A program made the translations under genes and the position numbers. The notes beneath the pieces were generated by a model. The model saw nothing but the letters and a program-made list of their open reading frames with translations, was not told where the DNA came from and ran no database searches. Shown here in pieces: positions 33,321 to 43,383 of a DNA stretch of 64,000 nucleotides. This DNA comes from an uncultured Hormoscilla sp. (lineage in GTDB: Bacteria; Cyanobacteriota; Cyanobacteriia; Cyanobacteriales; Desertifilaceae): assembly GCA_963921275.4 (NCBI GenBank), contig OZ001293.3, forward strand, positions 2,112,001 to 2,176,000, given 5' to 3'. Numbering within the stretch: the stretch's first letter is position 1; each line of letters begins with the position of its first letter.

Positions 33321-34741
33321 GTTACACCCCCCAATCCTACTATTGGCCAATAGAACTTAGCCATTGCTAAAAATATCAAAAATCCGATCAATTTCAGCCA
33401 CAAGCCACGATGAAAGGCTTGAAAGGGAGATACGTAGCCACTACCAATCACGATCGCCATCACTGGCGTACTCACGGGTAACAGAAATGCTATCCCCGAG
33501 GGCAGGGTAACCCCCAAAGTCATCACCCTGGGGTCGAGGCCATACTTGGCTGCTAGGGCTAGCCCGATCGGCATCAGCACTGCCACTGCTGCGGCATTAC
33601 TCATGCCTTCGGTCAAAACCAGAATCACGGCGACGATCGCCACAAAAATAACAGTACCAGAATCAATCCAGCCCAACAAATTTTGCGCCAATGCTGCTGC
33701 TGCCCCCGTATCGCCCAACATGGCCGAAAGGGCGATCGCGCTACCATACATGAGGAAAATGCCCCAGTTAACATCTTCTTCTACCTCTTGCCAATCTACC
33801 AAGCCGAAGACGAAGCTCAATAGCACCCCAAAAAAGGCGACAGTATCTAAACCCCAAGCTTCTCCTTGAAATATCCACAGGCCGATGGTCAGCAGGGTCA
33901 CCGCCGCCGTGCCCAGTTCCCGCCTCGAAATTGGTCCCAGGTCCTTCGATCGCCTCAAAAGGAACTTGTGAGCCGTAGATAGAGAAACAACCGTACCTTG
34001 TCCAATTTGCAGCAGTAAACCATAGGCAACCAGTAACAATGCTAACACTAAAGGGATAGACCAGATAAACCACTGCACAAAACTGATAGATTCACCTGTG
34101 GTACTGCGGAGAACCCCCAAGGCTAAGGGAGCTCTAGCGCCCCCCAGCAGGGTAGCCATGCCACCGATGCCCGACCCCCAACCCAAAGCTAAGAATGCCG
34201 CCAGTCCAAAGCGTCCACCTGGCTTTGCCCCTGCTGCTTGTACCACTTCCAAAACTACAGGAAACAGCATGGCCGTGACTGCATAGGAACTGATTACAAA
34301 AGACATCAACGCAGACAGCAGTAAGATAGAAGTGATCAGAACATTCTGTGCATAACCAAACCGGGACACCACAGCTACTGCCAGGCGCGTACTCAGTCCA
34401 GATCGCATGACTGGACTGGCCAGGATAAAGGCCCCCAAGACAAAAAACACCGCCCGGTTGCCAAAATAGGCATAGGTAGCTTCCGAGGACAGAACGCTGC
34501 TGACAGGAATCAGAAATAGCACCACCAGTCCTGTCACCGCTACGGGTAGGGTGTTAGTTCCCCAGAGGAAAGCCGTCACCGCAAATACAGCCAAAGCTCG
34601 TTTCGCTTCCATCTCTAATCCCGGGAAAGGAACAATGAGGACCGCCCCATAAATAGCGGCGGCGGCTAAACACCAAAGCCAACGGTTTTGGGGCTTGCAG
34701 GATAAACGCAACCAACTGCGTAGCTGTGTCAGGATCTGCAT
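33317..34741 (-). CDS. SLC13/DASS family anion transporter
   Basis: GIGGMATLLG, TEGMSNAAA, AFLLPVSTP; many TM segments. Confidence 0.88.
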   Translation of the reverse strand: MQILTQLRSWLRLSCKPQNRWLWCLAAAAIYGAVLIVPFPGLEMEAKRALAVFAVTAFLWGTNTLPVAVTGLVVLFLIPVSSVLSSEATYAYFGNRAVFFVLGAFILASPVMRSGLSTRLAVAVVSRFGYAQNVLITSILLLSALMSFVISSYAVTAMLFPVVLEVVQAAGAKPGGRFGLAAFLALGWGSGIGGMATLLGGARAPLALGVLRSTTGESISFVQWFIWSIPLVLALLLVAYGLLLQIGQGTVVSLSTAHKFLLRRSKDLGPISRRELGTAAVTLLTIGLWIFQGEAWGLDTVAFFGVLLSFVFGLVDWQEVEEDVNWGIFLMYGSAIALSAMLGDTGAAAALAQNLLGWIDSGTVIFVAIVAVILVLTEGMSNAAAVAVLMPIGLALAAKYGLDPRVMTLGVTLPSGIAFLLPVSTPVMAIVIGSGYVSPFQAFHRGLWLKLIGFLIFLAMAKFYWPIVGLGGVT

Positions 34742-34802
34742 CAAAACTAAATCTGTAATATTGGTTCTCGTAGGGTGGGCAGTGCCCAACTTACTATAGC
34801 AA

Positions 34803-36266
34803 TTAAAGGCTAAAGATTTCTTTCAGCCGCGATCGCACCCAATCTACTGGATTCTTGTGGGATTCCGTTTCCGATAATAACCCCATTGCTTGCAGTTCCT
34901 GTCGCCGCTGGGATAATTCCTCTTGATGCTTCGCGATCTCTTGGGCGATCAACTCTGACAATTCTGGATGTTCGTGTAATAGTTTTTCCAAGCCATCCTG
35001 GTCCAGGGCGAACAGAATTGTTTCTTCTAAGGCCCGAGCAGATGCCGTGCGGGGAATTCCCAACATTAAAGACAATTCGCCAAAAAATCGTCCCGAACTC
35101 AGGGTTGTCAGATGCTTATCCAGCTTCTCTAAGAAGATTTCTATCGACCCAGAAAGAACCATATAAAATGCATCTCCTGGATCCCCTTCCCGAAAGAGTA
35201 TCTCTGATGCTTGCAGGCGGCGTCGATACCCCAGTTCGATCAATTCCCTCAAGTGTAAATCGTTAAAGGTTTCAAAGTAACACAGTCCCCGCAGTAACGA
35301 GCTCAGAGATAATGTATGTTGTGCGGGTAACTGTTTTTGTAGTAATTTGTCAAGATTGGAGACATCCGACTCTAGTTTCTGGTATACTTGCGATTGCCCG
35401 GTCAAATCTTCGGGATTCCGCAGCCACAAATCCATTTGCGGGAATGCTATAGTGATATTATGTTGGCGGAAATTATAGTCAATGATAAAATGCAAGGAAC
35501 TTTTAATGGCAAGTATGCCATAGATTTTTTTGACGTACACCCAGAGTTGAAAATCTAAAGAACTATTGCCGAAGCCGATAAAAATCACTCGGGGACGAGG
35601 ATTGTCTAATACTGCCGGTTCCCTATAGGCACTATCTAACAGAGTTTCCGTGACTAATACGGTATCGCTACCATAGGCCACTCCCACCGAAATTTTAATC
35701 GGACCGTGGTAGCGTTCGGCACTCATATTAGTCACCTTGTTGTCAACCAGTTTACTGTTAGGAACAACTAGGTCAAACCTATCCCAAGTCTGAATGACCG
35801 TAGAGCGAAGATAGATTTCTTTTATATATCCGATCAACCCATCAAATTCAATATAATCTCCAGACTTGAGTTTACCTTCCACCAGTAAAATCATACCACT
35901 GACAAAGTTTTTCGTAACGTCTTGCAGTCCGAAGCCAATCCCTACTCCTAAGCCACGGGCTATGACCGCAAAAGAAGCGAGATTGAAGCCAATAGTTTGC
36001 AGGACGAGTAAAAAGGTGAAGCTGCCAATGCCATAGCTGATAATTATAGATATCACTTCTCGGTTAGCCTCGTCAATTCCCAGTCTGACAAGCAGCCTCC
36101 TCTTGAGGAAAGTCTTCAAAGCGCGAGTCAGTCCGATGACAACGAGTAACCACCCGATCTTGATTAAGATATCCAGGAAGGAAAGAGACTTATCCCCAAT
36201 GTTAAATATGGGTTCTGTCAACCAGTGGTATGTTATAATTGATAATATCTGTTGCTTGACGTTCAT
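34803..36266 (-). CDS. MscS mechanosensitive channel with C-terminal cNMP-binding domain
   Basis: GLGVGIGFGLQD..NFVSG, VPNS, VGVAYGSD, AFPQ; FFGELSLMLGIPRTA. Confidence 0.9.
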   Translation of the reverse strand: MNVKQQILSIITYHWLTEPIFNIGDKSLSFLDILIKIGWLLVVIGLTRALKTFLKRRLLVRLGIDEANREVISIIISYGIGSFTFLLVLQTIGFNLASFAVIARGLGVGIGFGLQDVTKNFVSGMILLVEGKLKSGDYIEFDGLIGYIKEIYLRSTVIQTWDRFDLVVPNSKLVDNKVTNMSAERYHGPIKISVGVAYGSDTVLVTETLLDSAYREPAVLDNPRPRVIFIGFGNSSLDFQLWVYVKKIYGILAIKSSLHFIIDYNFRQHNITIAFPQMDLWLRNPEDLTGQSQVYQKLESDVSNLDKLLQKQLPAQHTLSLSSLLRGLCYFETFNDLHLRELIELGYRRRLQASEILFREGDPGDAFYMVLSGSIEIFLEKLDKHLTTLSSGRFFGELSLMLGIPRTASARALEETILFALDQDGLEKLLHEHPELSELIAQEIAKHQEELSQRRQELQAMGLLSETESHKNPVDWVRSRLKEIFSL

Positions 36267-36527
36267 TGCTGTACCTGATGGGAGTAGAATAATGCTATAC
36301 TAACCCTAATTATAATTGGGAATTGTAAATTGTCAATGGAGCTCCTGGAGTTGGGGTGATAAGTAAAGCTGATAATCACGCAAACTCAATGGTTTCAGCC
36401 TTGACGATCTCTAAAAATTGTATAGAACCATTACATTCTGGCGTCCGTCAGTATATCTGCTGGCGGCCAACAGAAAACTGTACTGATATAAAAATACAAA
36501 AGTGACATACTATCTTCCGTTTTCCTT

Positions 36528-36771
36528 GGGTGTGGTCAAAACCAGTTGGTTGTTGTTGGCCACACCCGCGAATGGTGGGTCGATATCTCAGTACGGGACA
36601 AAAATTATATCTGGAGTCTAAAAAAATGCCTCAAACCCTTGTGGGACAAGCATTTTATCTAAAAATGCTATAACCTGCTCTGTATATGGGTTTCAGGATT
36701 TTTGTCCTGTACTTAGGATCGATATATCGAAGGTGCCCACCCTACTAATGCAACTACTTTTGACCGCACCC
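36528..36771. mobile_element. 244-bp MITE, GGGTGTGGTCAAAA TIR family, 9-bp TSD GTTTTCCTT
   Basis: TSD at 36519-36527 and 36772-36780. Confidence 0.9.
36587..36716. mobile_element. 130-bp MITE nested inside the previous MITE
   Basis: TIR CT(C/A)AGTAC(G/A)GGACAAAAAT (17/19); TSD GGTCGATAT/GATCGATAT. Confidence 0.8.
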
Positions 36772-36936
36772 GTTTTCCTTCGATCGGATAAGTAGCCATC
36801 TCCTCGAATGACTAAGGGACTGCCCTTAGTTCGGTCCTATTCCGTCGCGCTTCAGCTAGTGTTCGGTGTTATCGGAGCTGTTGGCATGATTGGGAGTATA
36901 TGATACTTGAGACGGGAGCACCAGGGAGTCTATATT

Positions 36937-37401
36937 ATGATTGCGGTTGATTTGACGAAAAAGGTTCGCTGTGTAGCACAGCAGTTTAGTGACAGGTTAC
37001 AGCCTAGCACAGAGAAAGCCGAACAGGTGGCTCTCAATACTTTTGCTGTTTATGCCGTGCATTTCTACTTAAAGAGTTTGCAGGTGGAAACTGATTTGCA
37101 AAAGAGTGATAGCTGGAACCCGGAGATCCATGCAATACTGGATGTGGCTGATTTGGTGGTGAAAGGTCGGGGTAAGTTAGAATGCCGTCCAGTTTTGCCA
37201 GGTGCGACAGTTTGTTAGGTGCCTCTGGAAGCTAGAGGCGATCGCATTGGTTATGTAGTGGTACAGGTTGATAAAAGGGCAAGGGAAGCAACTCTCTTGG
37301 GGTATGCTCAAACGGCAGCAGATGGGGCGATCGACCTTGGCAAGTTGCGCCTGATCGCATCTTTAATCCCTTACCTTTTTTGTAACTACCATTACAGTTG
37401 A
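36937..37401 (+). pseudogene. DUF1822 family protein with in-frame TAG at 37216
   Basis: KAEQVALNTFAV, SDSWNP, DVADL, LECRPV, C*VPLEARGDRIGYVVVQ. Confidence 0.8.
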
Positions 37402-37610
37402 AAGGCATCATTACTCGATATTTATAACACGATTAAACGGATAATGAAAGAACGATCGCAGTTTTTGAGGGTGAATCGCCCTCTGGCTAGAACCGGTGAA
37501 AGTCTGGCCCAGCAAGCTTGCCGGTTAAAACCGGAGCAGTCAGCTGTAGGACTTGTTATAGAGGGCGATCGGGTGTAAGATAAGAGATACTGTCGAATGA
37601 TAACCGATCC

Positions 37611-37808
37611 ATGCCCAAACTAAAAACCCGGAGAGCAGCTGCCAAGCGTTTCAAAGCCACCGGCAGCGGCAAGATTTTCCGCCGCAAGGCCAATAGAAAT
37701 CACCTGCTAGAGCACAAGGATGCCCAAAGGAAGCGCCGTCTGTTTAAGAAGACTCTGGTGCATGAAAGCGATGAAGAAAACGTGCGCTTGATGGTGCCTT
37801 ATTTGTAA
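37611..37808 (+). CDS. rpmI: 50S ribosomal protein L35
   Basis: [21 protein letters not shown]. Confidence 0.97.
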   Translation: MPKLKTRRAAAKRFKATGSGKIFRRKANRNHLLEHKDAQRKRRLFKKTLVHESDEENVRLMVPYL

Positions 37809-37916
37809 ATTGACTGGTGACTGGTGACTGGTGATAACCGGAGATCCCCCCAACCCCCCTTAAAAAGGGGGGCTTTTCCAGTTCCCCTCCTTAGCAAGGG
37901 GGGGCTAGGGGGCTTA

Positions 37917-38055
37917 CAGGGGTATGTTTTTAAGGCACCTACGAAAGAATGAGAGTTTCAGCGCTCTCAAGGAAGCACCTCCACAACGTAAAATTCAGGG
38001 TTTCAGCCTGCGCGAGTAGTTGTGAAGGTTGCCAAATCTAAAAAACATACCCTTG
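37917..38055. mobile_element. 139-bp MITE with CA(G/A)GGGTATGTTTTT TIRs between rpmI and rplT
   Basis: Left CAGGGGTATGTTTTT, right AAAAACATACCCTTG; sits inside a CCCCCC/GGGGGG hairpin repeat; no clear TSD. Confidence 0.7.
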
Positions 38056-38137
38056 AAAGGGGCTAGGGGGGGATCCTAGGGAAACATGATGACCCAAACG
38101 GACAAGACAACTGATAACTGACTAAGGACAACTAGCT

Positions 38138-38497
38138 ATGTCAAGAGTAAAACGGGGCAATGTAGCACGCAAGCGCCGCAAAAAAATTCTCAAACTGGCA
38201 AAAGGATTTCGTGGATCTCACTCAAAACTTTTCCGCACCGCAAATCAAAGGGTGATGAAAGCCTTGCGCAATGCTTATCGCGATCGCCGGAAGCGGAAGC
38301 GTGATTTCCGTCGCCTGTGGATCGTGCGGGTAAACGCAGCAGCGCGGAACCATGGCATGAGTTACAGCCAGATGATGGGTAACCTGAAGAAAGCGGATAT
38401 CCAGCTGAACCGCAAGATGCTAGCTCAAATGGCGATTCTGGATCCAGCTAGCTTTGCTAAAGTGGTGGAAGTAGCAGCCCAAGCAAAAGCATCCTAA
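38138..38497 (+). CDS. rplT: 50S ribosomal protein L20
   Basis: [39 protein letters not shown]. Confidence 0.97.
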   Translation: MSRVKRGNVARKRRKKILKLAKGFRGSHSKLFRTANQRVMKALRNAYRDRRKRKRDFRRLWIVRVNAAARNHGMSYSQMMGNLKKADIQLNRKMLAQMAILDPASFAKVVEVAAQAKAS

Positions 38498-38560
38498 ATG
38501 GTTAACTGGGGTGGTTCGACTGGCGGAGGCGAAGTAAGAGAGGGACAATATCGAGGCTTT

Positions 38561-38615
38561 CGGCGTCTTCCGCGTGCTCTTGTCCTGAAGGACGCGGCAC
38601 ACTCCAGACACCGCC
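38561..38615 (-). repeat. 55-bp palindromic repeat (intergenic copy of the element inside dnaX)
   Basis: Reverse complement GGCGGTGTCTGGAGTGTGCCGCGTCCTTCAGGACAAGAGCACGCGGAAGACGCCG matches 60096-60174 minus a 24-bp insert. Confidence 0.85.
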
Positions 38616-38701
38616 CCGTGATTATTGTATCCCTCATGCTTTGTCCTGCCTCACAGTTGTAGGATCTGAGGCATTGGAAATCAGGAGTTAAAGTGTAAAT
38701 T

Positions 38702-39664
38702 GTGGCTCCAAAATCGCAGATCTCCGATCGGATTACTGGCTTTCTGTGGGCGATAGCCCTGATCCTCTGTCCGGTAGCCATTACAGAGAGGCAGAATATA
38801 GCCATTCCGATGTCTCGGGGTGAGGTGTCTCCTGGGAGCTTGATGTCAAAAGGACGCACGGCGAAACCCGAGGGACATCATATTCGCACTACCCAGGAGA
38901 CACCTCGCACTACTCGTACTACCCTCGAGACATCGTCCGCAGAACTAGAAGCGATCGCCCAGCGGGGATATTTAATAGTAGGGGTAAAGGACAACCTGCG
39001 TCCTCTAGGGTTTCGGGATGCTAGCGGTAATTTACAAGGACTGGAAATTGACATCGCCCGGCGTCTAGCAGCGGAACTGCTAGGGAGTCCTGATGCCGTC
39101 AAATTGCAGCCCCTAGCAAATCAAGACCGGTTAGATGCAGTGCAGTCGGGTACAGTAGATCTGGCGATCGCCCAGGTAACCTCAACAGAACCGCGTTTGC
39201 GGGTAGTCAGCTTCAGCAGGCCCTACTATATAGATGGTACGGCCTTTGTCACCAAGTTAGGGTTCGTCCGACAGCTAGAAGACCTGGCCGGACAGCGGAT
39301 AGTACTGTTGAATGGTGCTAGCACGATCGCCTCCGTGCGGTATTTTCTGCCCAAGGCCCAGCTAGTGGGAGTAGACTCTTATCAAGAAGCCCTGGCACTG
39401 TTAGAATCTGGTGCCGCAGATGTCTTTGCTGCCGATGCTAGCGTGTTAGCAGGATGGGTGCAGGAGTATCCCCAGTACTGGCTGCTACCCTATCTGATTT
39501 CCGCAGAAGCCTTGTCTGTAGTCATGCCCAAAGGATTGCAGTATGATGACTTACGGCGACAGGTAAATCAGGCGATCGCCCGTTGGAAAGAGTCAGGTTG
39601 GCTTGATGATCGGGCCAAACATTGGGGTTTGCCCGTACCCGAGTTGAATGGAAAATCTTATTGA
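38702..39664 (+). CDS. Amino-acid ABC transporter substrate-binding protein with an in-frame palindromic insertion
   Basis: AIAQRGYLIVGVKDNLRPLGF, GLEIDIARRLA, FSRPYY. Confidence 0.88.
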   Translation: MAPKSQISDRITGFLWAIALILCPVAITERQNIAIPMSRGEVSPGSLMSKGRTAKPEGHHIRTTQETPRTTRTTLETSSAELEAIAQRGYLIVGVKDNLRPLGFRDASGNLQGLEIDIARRLAAELLGSPDAVKLQPLANQDRLDAVQSGTVDLAIAQVTSTEPRLRVVSFSRPYYIDGTAFVTKLGFVRQLEDLAGQRIVLLNGASTIASVRYFLPKAQLVGVDSYQEALALLESGAADVFAADASVLAGWVQEYPQYWLLPYLISAEALSVVMPKGLQYDDLRRQVNQAIARWKESGWLDDRAKHWGLPVPELNGKSY

Positions 39665-39677
39665 ATTATTGCCGCCC

Positions 39678-40205
39678 ATGGATAGTCCATTACCAATTAT
39701 CTATCTCTCCCTATTTCTCAGTTTACTGGGTGTAGCCGCTTGGTTTGTGTTACGGCAGATATTCAAAACTCGCAAAACGGAAAGTTCTCTAGGCAAGCTG
39801 CAAAAGAAGCTGAAAAGCGAGAAAGGCAGTTCAGAAGAATATTATCAACTAGGGTGCATCTATTCAGAGAAGAAAATGTACGCACAGTCTATCAAGCTGT
39901 TTCAACAATCCCTGAAAGTTGAAAAATTGCCCTCCCAAGAGAGCGCTCTCGTATATAATGCCCTCGGATTTGCCTACACGGCTCAAGAACAGTACGATCT
40001 GGCAATTCGCCACTATAAAGAAGCTATTAAGGCAGTGCCAGACTATGTGACGGCGTTAAATAACCTGGGGTATACTTATGAGAAAAAGAAGTTAATCGCT
40101 CAGGCTAGAGAACAGTATGAAGAAGCTTTGAAGATCGAGCCCAATAATGCCACAGCTAAAAAACGGGCAGAATCACTACGCAAACGCTTAGCCCCTTCCA
40201 AGTGA
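39678..40205 (+). CDS. TPR membrane protein, Ycf37-like
   Basis: N-terminal TM followed by RQIFKTRKTE and three TPRs. Confidence 0.8.
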   Translation: MDSPLPIIYLSLFLSLLGVAAWFVLRQIFKTRKTESSLGKLQKKLKSEKGSSEEYYQLGCIYSEKKMYAQSIKLFQQSLKVEKLPSQESALVYNALGFAYTAQEQYDLAIRHYKEAIKAVPDYVTALNNLGYTYEKKKLIAQAREQYEEALKIEPNNATAKKRAESLRKRLAPSK

Positions 40206-40828
40206 TTAGTTACTTATTTGGCGCAGTAGCCCAAGTCCAGAAAACAACCCCTAATCGTGTTATGCTAATTCTGGAAGTTAACCAGATAGGTTATGAAGTC
40301 CAGATTGGCCAGCGTCTAGCAGCTTCATTGTCAGAGCGATCGGACGCACGGGTGCAAATCTTTACTCATCTGCAAGTGCGATCGGAACAACCAGTGCTGT
40401 ATGGTTTCGCCTCAGGGGCAGAACGGGATCTCTTTCGCCAGTTGGTGAGCGTGAGTGGGATCGGGGCCCAACTGGCGATCGCCCTATTAGACACCCTGGG
40501 ACTGGCAGATTTACTGCAGGCCATTGTCACGGGCAATGTCAAGCAGCTGGCCAAAACCCCAGGGGTCGGTAGCAAAATCGCCGAACGCATTTCCCTCGAA
40601 CTTAGGAATAAGCTGGCAGAGTGGCGTCAGCAGGAGTCGATCCCCATTCCCAGTAGTGCTGCACTGGCACCGGAACTGCAAGAAGATGTGGAAATCACTC
40701 TTCTGGCTTTAGGGTATACTATAGAAGAAGTGGGGCAAGCCTTGCAAGCCCTCAGCCAAGAGCCCCGGTTGCAGAAAAGTCAGGATGCTGAAACTTGGAT
40801 CAAAGAGGCGATCGCCTGGTTGACATAG
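40202..40828 (+). CDS. ruvA: Holliday junction branch migration protein RuvA
   Basis: LYGF, LVSVSGIGAQLA, PGVGSKIAERISLEL, LALGY. Confidence 0.95.
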   Translation: MISYLFGAVAQVQKTTPNRVMLILEVNQIGYEVQIGQRLAASLSERSDARVQIFTHLQVRSEQPVLYGFASGAERDLFRQLVSVSGIGAQLAIALLDTLGLADLLQAIVTGNVKQLAKTPGVGSKIAERISLELRNKLAEWRQQESIPIPSSAALAPELQEDVEITLLALGYTIEEVGQALQALSQEPRLQKSQDAETWIKEAIAWLT

Positions 40829-40871
40829 TACCGAAGTTGGGGATCTTAGAAGTTAAGGGATGAATACAGTC

Positions 40872-42803
40872 ATGAAACTACCTACCTTTCTGATTATCGG
40901 CGTAGAGAAAGCCGGAACTACTTCTGTAAACAATTACCTGAAACAGCATCCTCAAGTTTACATGAGTCCGGTCAAGGAAACCAATTTTTTATAACGAGAT
41001 TGAGAATATGCTGACCTGAGTCAAATTAAACCCAAAGCCAACCGCATCGATACATTTGAAAAATACTGTAATCTATTTCAGGATGTCACAGATTAAAAGG
41101 CGATCGGGGAAGTTTCTCCTAACTATCTTTTTCATTATCAAGAATCAGCTAAACGCATACTCCGTTACGTACCTGAGGCCCAACTGATTGCCATCCTGCG
41201 TAACCCCGCAGAAAGAGCATATTCAGATTACCTGATGCATATCCGGGACGCGATCGGTAATCCCACTAGCTTATCAGAACAGCTCGAATATAAAGCAGAT
41301 AAATCTTACACGCTGCTCAAAGGATTATATTATCAACAATTGCAACATTTTTACGCTCAATTTAATCGGGAGCGAATCAAAATATGTTTGTATGAAGACC
41401 TCTGCGACAAACCTGTAGAATTTATGCAGGCGATGTATAGATTTATCGGGGTAGAGCAAAGCTTTAGCCCGGATATGTCGAAAAAAGATCAAGTAGCGCA
41501 AGTGCCAAAAAATCAATTAGTGAATAAAGTCTTGCGGCAAAAAAATCCGGTCAAAACCTTGGTCGCTACGGGACTGAGAACTATATTACCAGAGTCGGCG
41601 CGGCAGAAATTGCGCTCGACACTAATTAATCTTACAGCTTGTTCAGGAAACAAGTAGAACATTTTTGTGCTAAACTAGAGCTATACTCAATGCAGACCAA
41701 ATTCAGCTATGGGACGTTACTCTCTGGACCTTAGACAAAAAGTAGTCACTGCTTATCAATTGGGCAAAGGCTCGATTCGGCAACTCGCCGAGCAGTTTAT
41801 GCTCAGTCCTGCTACTGTTCATAGTTATATAAAACAAGATCGAGAAACGCAAGATATAACCCCTAAAAAACCCGGTCCCAAACGTCAGGGCAAGCTAGAA
41901 GCCGATCGAGACTTGATCGTGAAGATGGTAAAAGATTACCCAGATTGTCCGGTGAGGCAGTATCGGGAACATCTCCGGCGGGAGCAGGATGTTTATGTCA
42001 GTGTAGGGGGGATGTGTGAGTTCCTAAAAAAAGAAGGCTTAACCCTTAAAAAAAAACTTACCGGGCAGAAAAAGTAGCAACGGAAGCAGGTCAACAGCAG
42101 TGAGTTGATTACCGAGAGCGGGTTCGAGATGTCCCACAGGGAAAATTGATATTTATTGATGAGGCAGCTTTCTGGATAGGGATGAGTCGCGATCTGGCCA
42201 GGAGTGAAAAAGGTAAAAAGGCATTCTATTTAAGACCATTTTATCAGGGGAGTAAAATGACCTTAATCGGAGCAATAAGTCTTGAAGGAGTTGTGGCTAA
42301 AAAAGCAATTAAAGGCTCTATGAAAGGTAAGGATTTTAAGGATTTTATTGAAGATGACCTGGTTCCGAAGCTGAATCCAGGGGATGTGATAGTTATGGAT
42401 AACCTTAATATCCATAAAATGGAAGGGATCGAAGAACTGATAGTCGCTACGGGAGCAAGAGTAGAATATTTACCACCCTACTCACCAGACTTCAACCCTA
42501 TTGAGATGTTGTGGTCAACGGTTAAGTCACTGGTCAGAATGTTCCCAACACGAGCAATGGAGGCGCTAGAACAGTTAATTGAACTTGCTCTGATGCTGAT
42601 TGGAACAAATACGTTTAAGAACTGGTTTACTAAATGCTGTTATTGTACTAATTAAATAGCGAACCTGCTGTAACTCATCAGACAAGAGCCAAACGCCGCT
42701 GTCGCCAGCAGCACGAAAACAACTGGTGGAGTATTATCGTGAAGATATCCTGAAGCTGCAAGATTTGATCGACAGGGATCTGTCATCCTGGCTGATATAT
42801 TAA
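40872..42803 (+). pseudogene. Sulfotransferase with three in-frame stops, interrupted by IS630
   Basis: FLIIGVEKAGTTS..LKQHPQV, ILRNPAERAYS; C-terminus (YYREDILKLQDLIDRDLSSW) resumes in frame at 42673. Confidence 0.88.
41635..42670 (+). mobile_element. IS630-family insertion sequence (1036 bp), inactive
   Basis: TA duplication; CAGC..GTTC termini; orfA YSLDLRQKV; A-run frameshift site at ~42048; DDE motifs FIDE, MDN, LPPYSPDFNPIE; in-frame TGA at 42101. Confidence 0.92.
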
Positions 42804-43108
42804 GCGAGGGGCGCGATCTCAATTTGAGAATTGTTGATTCCCCTCGTTCCCACTGGCGATCCCTGGGAAGATGCAAGAGCCAGCGGTAAGGATAGATAAT
42901 ACAATCTTAAATCACTTGTGTCAAGTGAACTCGGGAGCAGATAGACTTTGTAAATAAGTATTTTGGCTCCTCAACAGAATTGCATCTGAACGGGGACGGT
43001 GTTGACAACTGACAACCAACAACTGACAACTGACAACTGGCATCCCCAGGCAAAAGTGTGATACGATGAGAAATTGCTGAATATGATAAGTAGCCCAAGA
43101 GAGAATCC

Positions 43109-43378
43109 ATGAGTCTACCGCAAGAACAGAAACACCAAATAATGGCTGACTACCAGCTGCATGAAACGGACACGGGTTCGGCAGATCTGCAAGTAGCCGT
43201 ATTGACGGAAAAGATCAACAGGCTGAGTAAACATCTGCAAGCCAACAAAAAAGACCACTCTTCCCGCCGGGGACTGTTGCGGATGATTAGTAACCGCAAG
43301 CGCCTGTTGAGCTACATTAAAAAGCAGGATGCAAACCGCTATCAGGCTTTGATCGGTCGGTTGAAAATTCGCGGCTAA
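43109..43378 (+). CDS. rpsO: 30S ribosomal protein S15
   Basis: DTGSADLQVAVLT, KDHSSRRGLL. Confidence 0.97.
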   Translation: MSLPQEQKHQIMADYQLHETDTGSADLQVAVLTEKINRLSKHLQANKKDHSSRRGLLRMISNRKRLLSYIKKQDANRYQALIGRLKIRG

Positions 43379-43383
43379 AACCC

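Noticed and set aside
38500..38560. Glutamine riboswitch-like motif after rplT (GAAGTAAG)
   Set aside because: Flanking stems could not be built convincingly by eye; an Rfam scan would be needed
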